From contig NW_027117350.1 in assembly GCF_038025025.1 (NCBI RefSeq), positions 620,001 through 684,000 on the forward strand: 64,000 nucleotides of DNA. The letters run 5' to 3'. The notes beneath the pieces are model-generated. The model was not told the origin of the DNA. It saw nothing but the letters and a program-made list of their open reading frames with translations, and searched no databases. The position numbers were made by a program, and so were the translations under genes. Source of the stretch: Phyllosticta citribraziliensis (lineage: Eukaryota). Numbering within the stretch: position 1 is the stretch's first letter; every line of letters starts with the position of its first letter. Positions 13,017 through 25,336 of this stretch are shown piece by piece.

Positions 13017-14750
13017 ATGTCCCCGCCTTCGCCTCATCGCCCGCCGAACCCTCGCGGACCTACTGGCGAGGAAGCAGCCCCAATGCTGCACGACTACCGC
13101 CGTGTGCCTTCGGGCTCAGAGTCTGGTGACGATCACTGGCCGTCCTCTCCTTTCCAAAACTCGTCCGAGTTCTCCTTCAACGAAAAGTTGTACGATTCCC
13201 CCACCGTCCAGGCAAAGCTCCGCGCTTTCTTCAGGTCGCGGGCCCGCCGGTTGTACGACATGACGAGATTTCTCGCCAGCAAAGGCCTTGGTCCAATTCT
13301 CCCGAGTTTCCTTCTCCCCCACGCCGAGGCCCCCGCGGGACACGCCACCGGCCTAGCGACCCTCGATGGTGTTCGTGGCTTTGCGTGTTTCTTCGTCTTC
13401 AACTTCCACTTTCTCTTCACTTACACGCCGACTTCGTACCGCGGCTACGGCGTCGATCCGACCGGAGAGACCAACCTATGGCTTCACCAGCTCCCATTCA
13501 TCCGCCTCCTATACGCTGGGCGCGCCATGGTCACCGTCTTCTTCGTCCTGTCCGGATACGTCCTATCACGAAAGCCACTGATCGCAATACGCACCAAACA
13601 GTATGATTCGATGCTTCAAGGACTGTCCTCGTCCGTGTTCCGTCGTGGACTGCGTCTCTTCATCCCAACCGTCATCAGCACTTTCATGGTCTTCATTGCG
13701 CTTCGGCTGGATCTCTTCAAAAAGGCCACACGCATAGCACTCGATGGAGTTACGCTGTCCTTTGTCGAGCACCACCCGGTCTGGTTCCCCACTCTCTGGG
13801 AGCAATGGTGGCACTATGTCAACTTTGTCCGGAACTACATTGACTTTACCCGTTGGGAAGAATGGTACAACCTATACGACCCGCACGTATGGACGATCCC
13901 ACTCGAGTTCCGCGCCAGCATGGTCCTGTTCCTTACTCTGGTGTGCCTTGCGCGAGCCAAGACATTCTGGCGACTGTCACTCATTTCCACCCTAATCGTC
14001 TTCTGCAGCCGCTGGAACCGCTTCGAAATCGTCCTCTTCCTCAGTGGCACCTTGATTGCCGAGATTGACCTCATTACCCGCGCTTGGGAAGCTCCCGCTG
14101 GAAGCACTCCTCCGCCGAACCCCACATTGCCTAGCACCAGCGCCGAAGCCGAGACGATTTCCTGGTTCGACCGCTTTGCTCGTGAGCGCGTCTGGTTCAA
14201 CTTCGCTGTCTTTGTGGCCGGTCTCTACGTGCTGTCCTTCCCGGACGAATTCGGCGCCTACACTCCCGGCTTCATGTACCTTGCAACTTGGATCCCCGAG
14301 AACCTGCGCAACAGCCTCGTGTACTACCGATTTTGGCACAGCGTCGGCGCCGTCTTGACCTTGTACGCCATCAACAACACGCCCGTACTACGCCGCCCGT
14401 TCCAAACCCCACTCGCCCAATATCTCGGCAAGATCAGCTACGCCTTCTACCTCGTGCACGGCCCGATCCTGCACAGTCTCGGGTACATTCTGATGCGCTG
14501 GATTTGGGGAATGGCTGGGCGCTACGTCGAGGAGGATGTGATTCCGCCTCCGGACCGGCCGGACGAGACTATCAAGGTGACGGACAGCGGCGAAGTCGGG
14601 CCGCACATGTTCGCCTTTTGTCTGTTCCTGGGCTGGGCCATGGTGCTGCCCATCAGCATCTGGGCGGCCGACTTGTTCTGGCGCTTCGTCGACGTGCCGT
14701 GCGTCAAGTTTGCGCGGTGGGTCGAAAATAAGGTTACGGGGCGTGGCTGA
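13017..14750 (+). CDS. Acyltransferase-3 family multi-pass membrane O-acyltransferase
   Basis: 577-aa intronless ORF with LDGVRG, FFVLSGYVL, RRGLRL, WTIPLEFRAS and YLGKISYAFYLVH motifs and many hydrophobic segments. Confidence 0.9.
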   Translation: MSPPSPHRPPNPRGPTGEEAAPMLHDYRRVPSGSESGDDHWPSSPFQNSSEFSFNEKLYDSPTVQAKLRAFFRSRARRLYDMTRFLASKGLGPILPSFLLPHAEAPAGHATGLATLDGVRGFACFFVFNFHFLFTYTPTSYRGYGVDPTGETNLWLHQLPFIRLLYAGRAMVTVFFVLSGYVLSRKPLIAIRTKQYDSMLQGLSSSVFRRGLRLFIPTVISTFMVFIALRLDLFKKATRIALDGVTLSFVEHHPVWFPTLWEQWWHYVNFVRNYIDFTRWEEWYNLYDPHVWTIPLEFRASMVLFLTLVCLARAKTFWRLSLISTLIVFCSRWNRFEIVLFLSGTLIAEIDLITRAWEAPAGSTPPPNPTLPSTSAEAETISWFDRFARERVWFNFAVFVAGLYVLSFPDEFGAYTPGFMYLATWIPENLRNSLVYYRFWHSVGAVLTLYAINNTPVLRRPFQTPLAQYLGKISYAFYLVHGPILHSLGYILMRWIWGMAGRYVEEDVIPPPDRPDETIKVTDSGEVGPHMFAFCLFLGWAMVLPISIWAADLFWRFVDVPCVKFARWVENKVTGRG

Positions 14751-16559
14751 GCCGTACTTGACACGACACGACACGACGACGCGCCGCGCCGAGGCGGCGC
14801 CAGATTCTCCGATCTCTTTTCATCATCATTCCGTTGGATGTCGCAGCGTTCCTAGACAAGTCTCTTTTCCTTGGGTTTTGCTTTTTTTGGGTTGATGAAA
14901 GAAGAGTTGGCAAAGTTTCATGATGATGGGTGGAGCAGCGTGCTGCGGTCCAAAGGACACGCAAGCAAGAGTGAGATGATGATGATTGAGCAGCAGCGAG
15001 CGATGGTGGGCGAAAGAGAAGAATCAATGCATCAATCTGGCGTCTCAATTGTTTTTTCTTTATTCAGGTCCGTCCTCTACATTCGGCAACTTGTTTTAAC
15101 CCTGCTCTTTTTCTCCTTGCCTTTTTTTGGGGGGTCGACGTTTCTTCCCGAAAATACCTCTTCATCATACATACCCGGACCGGACTTCGAACATCACAAC
15201 ATCTTGCCTACTTGGCTGCCATTACTCACTGCGCGCAACTCGTCGACTGGCTGAAAAGAGGGGGAGTGGTAGTTTTGGATATTGCCAATTAACATCATAG
15301 TATTAGTGTGGGGTAGTCCGACGGCGCTTTGCTGGGAGGGAGCTTTCTATTCGATAGTGTCTTTTTGCGATTAAAGAAGAAACGAAGACAAACATCTTGA
15401 TCAGTTTTTTCCCCTGTACTTTCGTGTGTGTTCCCGTCTTTCTCAGCACAGCTCACTTCATTGGCAGACCGAAGACGCAGCCGCATCGCCTGTCGAGACA
15501 CGCTCACTTTCGCACAAAGCTCGCCACGTTGGCGGACGCAGCCAATCAATCCCCCCTCGGCAAATAAAACAGACGGGCAACAAACGCATCTACTTTGGCC
15601 ACCAACGGTCAATCGATTCCAATTCTCCTGCCAATCCGCCGCCGATCAGCCTTCTGCCTGTCCATCAGTGCTCAGGAGTCGAGGTTCGCAGGCAAGCAGT
15701 CGAGCACGCAGGCAGCACCGTCGTCATTCCATCCGTCGTCATTCCATATTCGCTCCGACGATCGAATCGCTTGAGCTTGGGTTGATGGGTAGTACCTAAT
15801 TCCAGAGCGCGACATGCAGCTACGTCATAATCTCGCCCCCCCCCGAATCGCGCGACTCTCTACCCGTTGACGAGAAGGAGGCTCAGGGGGCAACAGTGGC
15901 GATGCAGGGCCTTAATCCGGCCGGTCACCTTGCACCATTGTCTCGATGTCATGTGGCAAGGCATGGTCAGCATTTCGGACATGACAAATTCATGGCCACG
16001 GACGGACAGGGTACGGCGTGGCATTCTCATCGCCGACATGAGATGCATTTGGGATGGAATTTCTCAATGGTGTGGCATGGAAATCTCGAAGACGAGGGAT
16101 GAATGCAAAAGTACAGACAAATAAAAACAATGGGTGGATGAATGCGAATGCGAAGGGATTGATCAACGTCCATGGTGCGTGTCTCTGTTGCTCGACGGTC
16201 TGGTTTGGTTTGAGGACTTGTGTTGCGGGCGGTGCCCAAGAATGCAGCGATCTCTGGCTGTGAATGGAGTGCGGCGGACTTGCAATAGGGCCTGACTTGA
16301 TAGAGGCCGAGAGGAAGGTGACAGCCGTAGGATGCGCAAAATCACCGGTGTTGAACTCCTAAGACCGAAGAATGTAGTTAGGCGGGTCCGTTCGTGGAAA
16401 CACTTTGGCATTTGGAAAACTATGGAATGGGAAACAGTGATCCTCCATAGACGAACAAAATATGATACATACAGTAGGGCATTTGTCACATAACGTCGTT
16501 CCAAGTACATCTTCGGTGTGGTGAGACAACACGCTCGCTTGCCTTGCACTCTCAGCCTC

Positions 16560-18149
16560 TTACGGCACAGGCACTTCCGCACCCCCTCCACCCCCTTGTT
16601 GCGTTTCCACTCCTCTGGTGGGAGGATTGGCCGCAGCCAGCCGCTCTTGGGCCGCGCGCATCAATTCCCAAGCGCGCTCCTCACTCACATTCGTCAAGCC
16701 GTCCAATCCGCCCGGCAACTCGCGCACGGCAAACGTCTTTGCAGCGACTTCAACGGCGCCAGTCAAAATGTCGTCGTCTCCTACCTCCATCACCTGTGTC
16801 GACGGGAGCGACAGGACCTGCCTCGCCCACGCGCCCCAGCGCTCAAAAGCCGCGCGGCCAATCGTCTCCGGGTGTAGCTCGCCCAGAATCAAGCAGAAGA
16901 CGTGCGGCATGGCTTCCCATTGCTCCCAGCGCACCTTGACGCCGGCGCCGGCGCCCATCTTCTTGGCCACGAGGCTCATCTCGTCGTGCATCAGCTCCTG
17001 GCCGACGACGAAGAGCGTGGGCGGCGCGCCGGCCCAGTTTTGCGTGCGCGTTGCAAGCGGGCTCGCCAGCGGGTGCAGCAGCGCGCTGCCGTCGACGTAG
17101 AGATCTGTGCGCAGTGGATTGGCTGGCCATGCCTCGTCTTTGGGGAAAGGATGGCGCTCTTTCAGCATCTGTGTAGGGCTCTTTTCGGAGCCGGTTTTGG
17201 GCTGCGATAGCTCGTCTGGCGGGGGCAGGTAGTCGTACTGCGTATTCTCAACGAGCGAGGGCAGAGAGCGTGATAGATCTGTCCACGGGGAGAAGGGAGA
17301 TATGCCAGCGGGGAGGGGAACAGACACCATTTCGCCGTGGAAACGGACGGAGGGGACGGCGTCAGCGCTGCCCTGCTCTTCCCGCTCTTTGCGATGCAAT
17401 TGAAGCAGTAATTGTGTGAGGGCAAGTACCAGATTTCCGCCAGCCGAGTCGCCCGCCAGAATGATTTTCGAAGCCGGAACAGCCTTGTGCATCGAACCCG
17501 GCGGCGGATGAAGCAGCGCCAAATACGCAATGAAAGCGTCGAGAAGAGCAGCCGGAAACGGATTCTGCGGAGCTAGACGATAGCGAACAGAAAAGACACG
17601 GCCGCCAATTTGGGGGGCAAGTCGCCCTGTGATGCCTCTGTGACTTGACGGGTCCATGATGAAGAAGGCGCCGCCGTGGAAATAGAGCACCACGGCTTCA
17701 GAAGTTGTCTCTGCCATGAGCTTTTCATATTTGGCTTCTTCGGAGAGGTCTTTCGGCTCAGGAGTATCGGACTTGACGCCTGCCCGAAGACCATGCCATT
17801 CTCCTGTAATGTCCACCGAGTCAGGCACCGTATATGTCTCGTTGCCGGTGATTTTGAGCTCCTCCACCACCTGGAGCAGCTTTTGGCGGGCGTGGTCTTC
17901 GGGCGGTGCTTTGATGGTTGCGCGGCTGCACCACATATTGCCTTTGATGGGTATCTTCCTCCCCCATGCTTTTTGTAGGTCGGTGATTGACTTTTTGACC
18001 GGACTGTCGAATGTAGAGCGGAGGAAGGTGACGAGCAGCGCGGTCTTTATGTCCCACTTGGAAGATGTCGAGGAGAGCGAAAGTGAGTGAAGCAGAGTCG
18101 CCTTGACCACTGATGGCAAGGTGATAGCAACAGTCAGGAGAGTACCCAT
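16560..18149 (-). CDS. Alpha/beta hydrolase, HSL-like / SAY1-like steryl acetyl hydrolase
   Basis: HGGAF oxyanion motif, YRLAPQNPFPAA, GDSAGG nucleophile elbow, SPWTDL and MPHVF. Confidence 0.88.
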   Translation of the reverse strand: MGTLLTVAITLPSVVKATLLHSLSLSSTSSKWDIKTALLVTFLRSTFDSPVKKSITDLQKAWGRKIPIKGNMWCSRATIKAPPEDHARQKLLQVVEELKITGNETYTVPDSVDITGEWHGLRAGVKSDTPEPKDLSEEAKYEKLMAETTSEAVVLYFHGGAFFIMDPSSHRGITGRLAPQIGGRVFSVRYRLAPQNPFPAALLDAFIAYLALLHPPPGSMHKAVPASKIILAGDSAGGNLVLALTQLLLQLHRKEREEQGSADAVPSVRFHGEMVSVPLPAGISPFSPWTDLSRSLPSLVENTQYDYLPPPDELSQPKTGSEKSPTQMLKERHPFPKDEAWPANPLRTDLYVDGSALLHPLASPLATRTQNWAGAPPTLFVVGQELMHDEMSLVAKKMGAGAGVKVRWEQWEAMPHVFCLILGELHPETIGRAAFERWGAWARQVLSLPSTQVMEVGDDDILTGAVEVAAKTFAVRELPGGLDGLTNVSEERAWELMRAAQERLAAANPPTRGVETQQGGGGGAEVPVP

Positions 18150-19322
18150 TTTTGAGGCTCAAAGTCGTCTTGGTGGACACCTGAGCTAGGCAGCCTACCT
18201 AAGAACTGTCAACAAAGATAGGCCCGCGAAGGGAAACATGTAATGATATGTGAGCAACCGGGCGGCGAAGCTTTTCTCTACGTGCGTACGGCGAATGGTT
18301 AAGTTGGGAGAAAGTTGTGTGGTTGCGGGGCATGACCATGTCGCCGAACCAAGTTAAAGAAAGGCCACCGACTACATCATCGACGGCTCGGCTCGGCGAG
18401 TGCCCAGCGCCCTCGGGGGCAAGGCATTCGCGAACCCAATGCAAAGGTGTGTTTGCCCAGGCTGCAAGTTATTGGTTGCTTTTTCTATACTCCCATGGCA
18501 GGCGCACCACGCTTGAATCAGCTTCTGCACGTAGATAAGGCTCCGGACTGGTGATGACTTTGGAGGCTCTGTCAGGCGGGGCGCTGACCAGATTTGGGCG
18601 CCGCTGACAACTTGAACGCTTTTGTCAGCGATTTCAGCCTCAGCCTACCGCTGCAACTTTTGATACAATAATAGGATTGGGGCGGTTTCGAAGAAAGCGA
18701 CTGTTAGAGCTTCGCTACACGTGGCGCCGAGAATGACCACGGGAACGGGAATGCTAGGGAAAAGAATACACCACAAGGAGGCAAGGAGCCGGACGGCGAC
18801 AAAAGAAAGACGGCCTAGCTCAGTCCACCTGATTTCACTCGGTGTAAAGATGGCGTGCGTTTTGCGGCAAAAGAGGCGAGAAAGCTTCACCGTTGCAGAT
18901 GTCTCGGAAACTCGTTTTCCGACGCCAATGCGCCTTACGCACGTTGGTATCCAAGTGCCTCCAATGCTTCGAAGCCATGGCTTGGTTGGAGTGCTCGTGA
19001 ATCATAGGAAATTTCGCTCTGTGTTACGTGATGCCGGATAGCGAGTTGCCGAACGCACAAATACTGGAAGTTGTTAGATCGCAACGAGTATGCGATTCGC
19101 GGCAACCCAAGGTGGAAAATCGCTCGTAAACTGGCCAGTAAGATCGCCAGCCTGATCACCAGTGTTGAGCACGGAAGACCGTCAAGGTGCGCGAGCGGCT
19201 CTCAAAAAACCATAAATGACCCACCGGACCAAAGCTATGGTAACAGCCTGCTACCAACGAATGCCGAGTACGCTTGCTTCATATCACATCCTTTATGCTG
19301 TAATGGCCCTGTACCACCCCGC

Positions 19323-19955
19323 TCAAGGCTCGGCATTCTTTGCCTCGTCGCTCCCCACGGGAACCAACTTGCCGACGACCAAGTACTTTTCCGAAAAGCG
19401 TTCCTCCCAGCCCATCAGCGCCTCCATCTCTTCGTCGCCGAGATCTTCGAGTTTGTCCAGTGGGGCATCCAAGTCTTCCGTAAGCATGCTCCTGTCAAAG
19501 CTACCGCATGCTAGACCGCGGCTGGCATCGCGGCCGGCAAAGTTGGCGTAAGGACCGCCGGGACCATAAAAGTTGCGGCCTGGAGTGACGTCAAAGACGC
19601 GACCCCGCACCGCCAGGTATACAGGCTTGCCCTCCTCGCCATTGAAGGGGAGAAGTGTCTTTGGCGTAAATGTGCGAAATACTACGGGGGCGGGAGCTTT
19701 GGGAAGGGCCGCAGGCGTCTTCGGTCGCAGGCGCAGGTAGACGAGAAAGACGAAGAGCGAGAGGAGGATCATGTTGATGGGCGTCATGACGGACTGGCTG
19801 GGTGGTGGGTCAGACGAAGGCTGAGCTAGAGTGCTGGAGCTCGAGCAACTCACGCTTCAGCGGCCGGAGGAGCAGCATGGGAATCTGTTGCCGCGCGGGT
19901 ATGAGCATGACGCATGTTAGAAGATGGGGCAGGGCTCACCAGAGCTGTCAGCCAT
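19323..19955 (-). CDS. DAP1: Membrane-associated progesterone receptor / cytochrome b5-like heme-steroid binding protein; exons 19955-19940, 19884-19854, 19797-19323
   Basis: Transmembrane helix followed by YLAVRGRVFDVTPGRNFYGPGGPYANFAGRDASRGLA. Two canonical introns at the 5' end. Confidence 0.92.
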
Positions 19956-20951
19956 GGTGTCGCGGGGCGGGTGGACGAGGAGGAATGGGAGAGCGGGACA
20001 GATGGTGAGAAGGAGTGCTGGACAGAAGGTTGAAGTAGTGGTGGATAAATGGGCCGAGTGTGGGGTCCGGTGAGGTGAGCAGTAGGGTCGTGGCCGGAGC
20101 ATAACCGGGCCCTGGAGCTGCCAGAGCGGAGGAGTCGGGGTTGTGGCGGATCGTCCGTGTGGCACAAGCTGTGGCCATGCACTCCTCCTTCTCTTCTGCA
20201 GCTAGCAGCCCAACAACAACTGAACGCCTCGACTTGCATTTGACAAAGCCATCGGCAGTTCGTACATGTCCGTTACGGCGCGATCGGTCATCGAACGCTG
20301 CTAGTCTCTTCTGTTCCCGGATTACCGGATAACCACAACGGCCTGCGAGCGTTTGACACGTTTTCCTATCCGAGTGCACTTCAAAACATCCACCATCGAC
20401 AGTCACCTCCAGGCCTGCCCATGGCTTACTATTACCATGGACGAGCCCTCATCAGCCCGGCCGATGGTTGCGGTCTGCCTGTTGGCTTCAAGAAACAACA
20501 ATTGTCGACTGTCATTTTTCCCTCCGTCATTCATTTCCGCCATCATCACGCACTCAAGCATGTTTTGCGCTTCCCCTGTTTTGACTGAATATCCAAACTA
20601 CATTTGTGGTATTGATGCGTCATTCAAATCAAGAGCCTGGGTATCAAAATGGTTGAGCTCCAACTTTGGGATCCTTTGGAACTAATTACCGCTCATTCAG
20701 AGACCAGGCTCACAGTGCGGTATATCCACGTCTTAAATGCAACGTGGGGCATATTAAGCTGTTGGGGATGAGCCTTTCCTTGGTTCCGCCAAATGACTCA
20801 AGTTGGGACTTGACCGCCTTACTGTGTATAAGACATGAGGTTCTGCTTGACCACCAAGGACTTTAACTGCAGTCAGTCCCGCAACCTCCAGCAGCTCGCA
20901 AACTGAGAACTAAAAGCGCACCAAGGTCAGGTTTAAGTGAATTTCAAAGCC

Positions 20952-22447
20952 ATGGACCATAGTTTGAACATTCACTTCAACAAGGAAGAGTGCAACATTT
21001 TAGCAGATGATGGCATCTTCCTCCCAGGTTCTCAGCCCGGCAAGCGCAAAATTTCTGGGTCCTTCATCTGGGGTTGTCCGGTCCCATCTTTGCCTCCCGA
21101 CAATGGAGAGGGATCCAGTCCACCTACCGTCGTCTCCGTCTGCCATCATCAGCCCCCAACTCAACCAGACCTCGAAATTCCGCAAGAGGTCAGAAGTGCC
21201 GCCGGGCTCGAATTCATTGGGCTCACACCCGACGCCGCAGCGAGGATATTCAGTCGCTGGGACTCTCGGCCACTTCCAAATCCAGACGATCTGATAGATT
21301 ATGTCTGTGGTGACACCGCCCAGCTGAACCATCGTCCCTTGGCAGATTCGGACACGGCGGCCATGAATCGGATCGGAATCGCCAAGTGGCTTCAAGACGC
21401 AATTCTCGATCCAAACTATCGAGACATCTTCCAAACCAACACTCTAAGGTTCTGGCTCGACAAGTCACTCCGAGCCAATTTCTTATCCCTGGACCGCATG
21501 CAAGACCAGCTCAAGGCCTACGTCGAGCAAAGGCGGCAGGGCAGCAGGGCAGCTGCTTCAATTCCTGCTTCTTTGCAAACGACGACAAGCGCAAACAGGG
21601 ATTTTTCCCATCCGCATGTCAAAGTTGGAGCCGCGGAGCCCTTGCTCGAAGACCACGAAGTCTACTACATGGCAACCGCCGTCGACGAGATGGGTTACTT
21701 GACTCCATTCATTACCTCACACAGCTCCTTTGACATGCGGGCCATTTCTACTCATCGTTTAGGAAGAGGAGATTTCAACGGCCGGTCGCTGCAAGAGTGC
21801 TGGTATTGGACTCCTGAGCTGGAGACCGCCACCAGGTACAGAGAGTATGCTCGGCAACGGGTGCCTGCCAGCGACCACTGGATTATTAGGATCCAAGTCT
21901 CCAAAGACTTCTCTTCGCGACTTAATAAGGAGGAGCTTTTCTTCTCTCCAACTTGGGGAAAATACGTCTGGTATTGCCGAAACAGCAGACATGTAAGTCA
22001 ACCATGGATTTTCTTTTCAGCTTCGTCCCACATGGAAGCCTCGATTCTCTGGGTCCATTTCTGGCCCTGCTGCGCTCTCTTGAAACCATTCCAGACTAAT
22101 CGCCGGAGTAGGAAGCCCCCGACGAAATCATCAAGTACTTGAAGCAAAACGAAGGCCGAGTAGACATCATGGTCGGCCACATTTCCACTGGTGTCAGCAA
22201 AAAGTGGTTGCTGCGGAAAAGGAACGCCTCGCACGTTCAACGGAGCCATCTGTATCTCTGCGACACGTACCATCGCGATCGGCAATGGTGGGTGAGGATT
22301 AATGAGGAGAATGTGATGAAAATTGACGGCAAGAAGGCGACGCAGTGGGTCATTATGCACGAGCATGTCGGGAGACTGCTGGCACGCCAAATTCGTGGAA
22401 AGGTGCATATTGACGTTTATTCGAATGGCTGGTGGGCAGTTCGATGA
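20952..22447 (+). CDS. Hypothetical protein with a C-terminal DUF3990/ADP-ribosyltransferase-like pattern; exons 20952-21992, 22112-22447
   Basis: Long ORF joined in frame by a GTAAGT...ACTAAT...TAG intron. Motifs GDFN, WYWTPELETA, WGKYVWYCR, DIMVGHIS and ATQWV. Confidence 0.7.
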
Positions 22448-23191
22448 AGTAGTAGGGACTGTAGTTGAAATGGAGGATCAAAGAGGCTGCTCCAAATTTG
22501 CCGAATGCGGCTAGATGGTGATGTTTTTGGCGTCGGAGCTTGGCGGGGGTGGAGCACGACGGGAGCAGGATCAGCGTCGACGACGGGACTCGATCAATCG
22601 TCGTCATATGAAGAATAGTCGAGGGGTGCAGAGCGGAGCGTGAGCTGAGCACGGCAGAGAGTAGAGTGGTGCCGTGGTCAGTGGGCACCGCGGTCCTGAA
22701 ACACTGGCCATTTCCGCCGGGCTAGCCTCTGCTGCTCGCGCCGCCGTCGGCTCCATCCTCCTCCTCCAAGTCCAGCATCCTCTGCCCTCGAGCCTTATAT
22801 CTGGATATTCGCTACCTTAAACATCCGCGACAGGCACCCGTTGGTTCCCAGGTAAGCCACCCTCCTCCACCACCTTGACCTTGATCCATTCGCGCTTCCC
22901 GTCACCTTCTTCTGCTTAAGCTCCCGGTTGCACGAGCTACAGCATCGTCGCTCGTGCCGGACCTCTCTCCGCCCCCGGAATGAAGGCACGCCTCCGCCCA
23001 AATCCTTGCCCATAAACAAAGACCACCAAGCACTGTTTGTTTCCTCGACCGACGTTGAAAACGGCCTCGTCGTGCATTACTTTTACCGGTACTGCTGCCC
23101 AACCGCCGTCCGTCTGTGCAACCAGCCCATCACATCCTCCCTCGCCGACCTGACCCACTTCTCTGCACCAGTAGCAGACGATACCGCTGAC

Positions 23192-24298
23192 ATGGTCGCC
23201 CTCAGGAAAGCCGCCATGTGGAAAAAGCACTTTCGCGCCCGCGACAAGGAGAACAAGCCCCCACATCATCAAACCTCCCACAAACTGAAACCCCAAGACG
23301 TCTTCGACAACATTCAGAGCCTGCGCCCTCCTCCGCTCAAACCCTTCCACAACCGTTCGCACTCCAAGGCTTCGTCGTCAATCTACTCTCAGCCCTCTCC
23401 TCGTCATCATCACAAGGACCTCTACTCGGCGCATAACTACGGCGACTATCATGTCCCACCAGTAGACGACCACCCGGCAACAAGAGATCCCAACGGCCTC
23501 AACAGCCGCTTCAGCTGGTCCACGCGAGCCACTGAATTTCAGCCCAGCCCACCCCCAAGTCCGCCGCCGGCTATTCCTCCACGATACATGACGGGTCCCC
23601 CGAGGTTGCCCTCTGGTCCAGACACGGGCAGTTTTTCCGGCGGAGTCTTTGGCTCGACCTTGCGCCATGCTCCCAGCATCCGGACCGTCGACACCGAGGG
23701 CACTCACACCACAATCGCAAGCGCCGTCACCACGCGCAAACCCGTCCCGTCACCCAGAGGTCCCGTTGCCAACGTCAAGCGCCAAGAAAGCTTTCCCTCT
23801 CCCCGCGTGAGCCCTGTCCCGAATCCGTACCAGCTCTCGTCATACGGTCCGGTGCGGCGCGAGGTGTCGAGCCCTGTTCCTTCGGGAAGCTCGCGCGCCG
23901 GCACTCCAACCACCAACAAGAACCTGCCTCCCACGCCCGCCTTTCGCAACCTCTCCATCGCCACGGGCAGCTCAGAGGAAAGCGTCTCCGGCCCCAAGAC
24001 CATCGACACGTACCAGGTGCAGATGGACGAGCTATACCGCCGCCGCCACAACATCACCCGCATCATCCAAGACCTCACGCAGTCTCCCGAGCTGACGAAC
24101 CCGCTCACGACCGACTTTGCCACCAAGCGAGCCAACGAGCGGCGCGTCAAGAAACTCGAGGCAGAGCTGGCAGATGTGATTCGCGAGGAGCACGACATTG
24201 GCATGAAGCTGCATCGCATAAGGAAGAGACAGGAGCGGGAAGAGGGCAACGATGGAGGCATGACGGCCTTGTGGGTCAGGCGCGTCACAACACACTGA
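23192..24298 (+). CDS. Pro/Ser-rich hypothetical protein with C-terminal coiled coil
   Basis: Long ORF with coding-like codon usage from ATG 23192. The C-terminus has a helical heptad region ending ALWVRRVT. Confidence 0.75.
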   Translation: MVALRKAAMWKKHFRARDKENKPPHHQTSHKLKPQDVFDNIQSLRPPPLKPFHNRSHSKASSSIYSQPSPRHHHKDLYSAHNYGDYHVPPVDDHPATRDPNGLNSRFSWSTRATEFQPSPPPSPPPAIPPRYMTGPPRLPSGPDTGSFSGGVFGSTLRHAPSIRTVDTEGTHTTIASAVTTRKPVPSPRGPVANVKRQESFPSPRVSPVPNPYQLSSYGPVRREVSSPVPSGSSRAGTPTTNKNLPPTPAFRNLSIATGSSEESVSGPKTIDTYQVQMDELYRRRHNITRIIQDLTQSPELTNPLTTDFATKRANERRVKKLEAELADVIREEHDIGMKLHRIRKRQEREEGNDGGMTALWVRRVTTH

Positions 24299-24966
24299 TC
24301 CGCCGTCTCAGCAAAAGTTGGTGACGACATGGACTCGTCTTTGAAGGCCGGCCATGATCGTAGGGGAGGAGTAATCTGTAGGATACCCAGTGGTCTGAAG
24401 TGGCCTGATTGCGCAATTCCTGGCGAAGCGTGCTGACTGCGTATCTGCTTCTTGGTTTGTTCTTTTCTTTTCATACCCCCTTTTGCGTTGCTTGAGCTGC
24501 AGATGTCGTCTTCACTTTGCGGGCGTCATTCCTAGTCATTTTTGCTTGGTCTCTACATTTGCTGCTCTCAACCAGGATCATGGATAATGCGGGGCAAACT
24601 CATCTTTACAGCGAAGGACCGATGTAGGATAGCTGGTACTCTACCTAGTGCGTTGAAGCAAAATCGAAAGCAAGAAGTTGAATCCAGGAACTGCTCCAAG
24701 GTGACTTGTAGTCGGCGTGTGCATGATACCAGCGAGCCGGTCCGAGACCCTTTGTCTCACAACCTGTGTTTGAAGAATAAAGTCTGCATTTGATTTCGTG
24801 GGATATCATTCCGTCCAATAGCAGGCCAACGAAGGAGACGTCTCGCTACTTGAGATGCTCCTTCCTGCCTCATGCATCATGCAAGTGTCTCGCCCTTGCT
24901 GTTATCGTTGTGGCCGCGACTTTGGATCGGTCGTGGTTCTCGTGCTCAGTGCCGCTCGTTCGACGT

Positions 24967-25336
24967 CTATTTCTTGCCAGACTTCTTGATGCCCTGTTGG
25001 CCGGCGTTGAGCGGGCCCTTCTTGCCCTTGGCCTTGGCCGCCATTTCCTCGCGGGCCTTCTTGTCTGCAAGAAAAGCTCTGTCAGCACACTTTCTCAACG
25101 ACGCATGACCGAAGACTGGGACCCGTCAAGTCGGAGATGATGGTACACACCAGCAATCTGCTTTTGCTTGTAGGCAATGTCGGTCTCGTCGTCGTCGTCG
25201 GCAACCTTCTTCTTGGGCTTCTTGTTGTGGATGGGGTTGGTGCCGGCTAAATGAAACGCGACCGGGTTAGTGTCTGTCGGGAGCAGTGGCTAGCAAGGTG
25301 GAGCAAATGGTACTGACCTCCTTGTCCAGAAGGCAT
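24967..25336 (-). CDS. TMA7: Translation machinery-associated protein 7; exons 25336-25318, 25246-25151, 25064-24967
   Basis: Spliced product MPSGQGAGTNPIHNKKPKKK...DIAYKQKQIADKKAREEMAAKAKGKKGPLNAGQQGIKKSGKK carries the TMA7 C-terminal signature. Not present in the ORF track. Confidence 0.92.
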
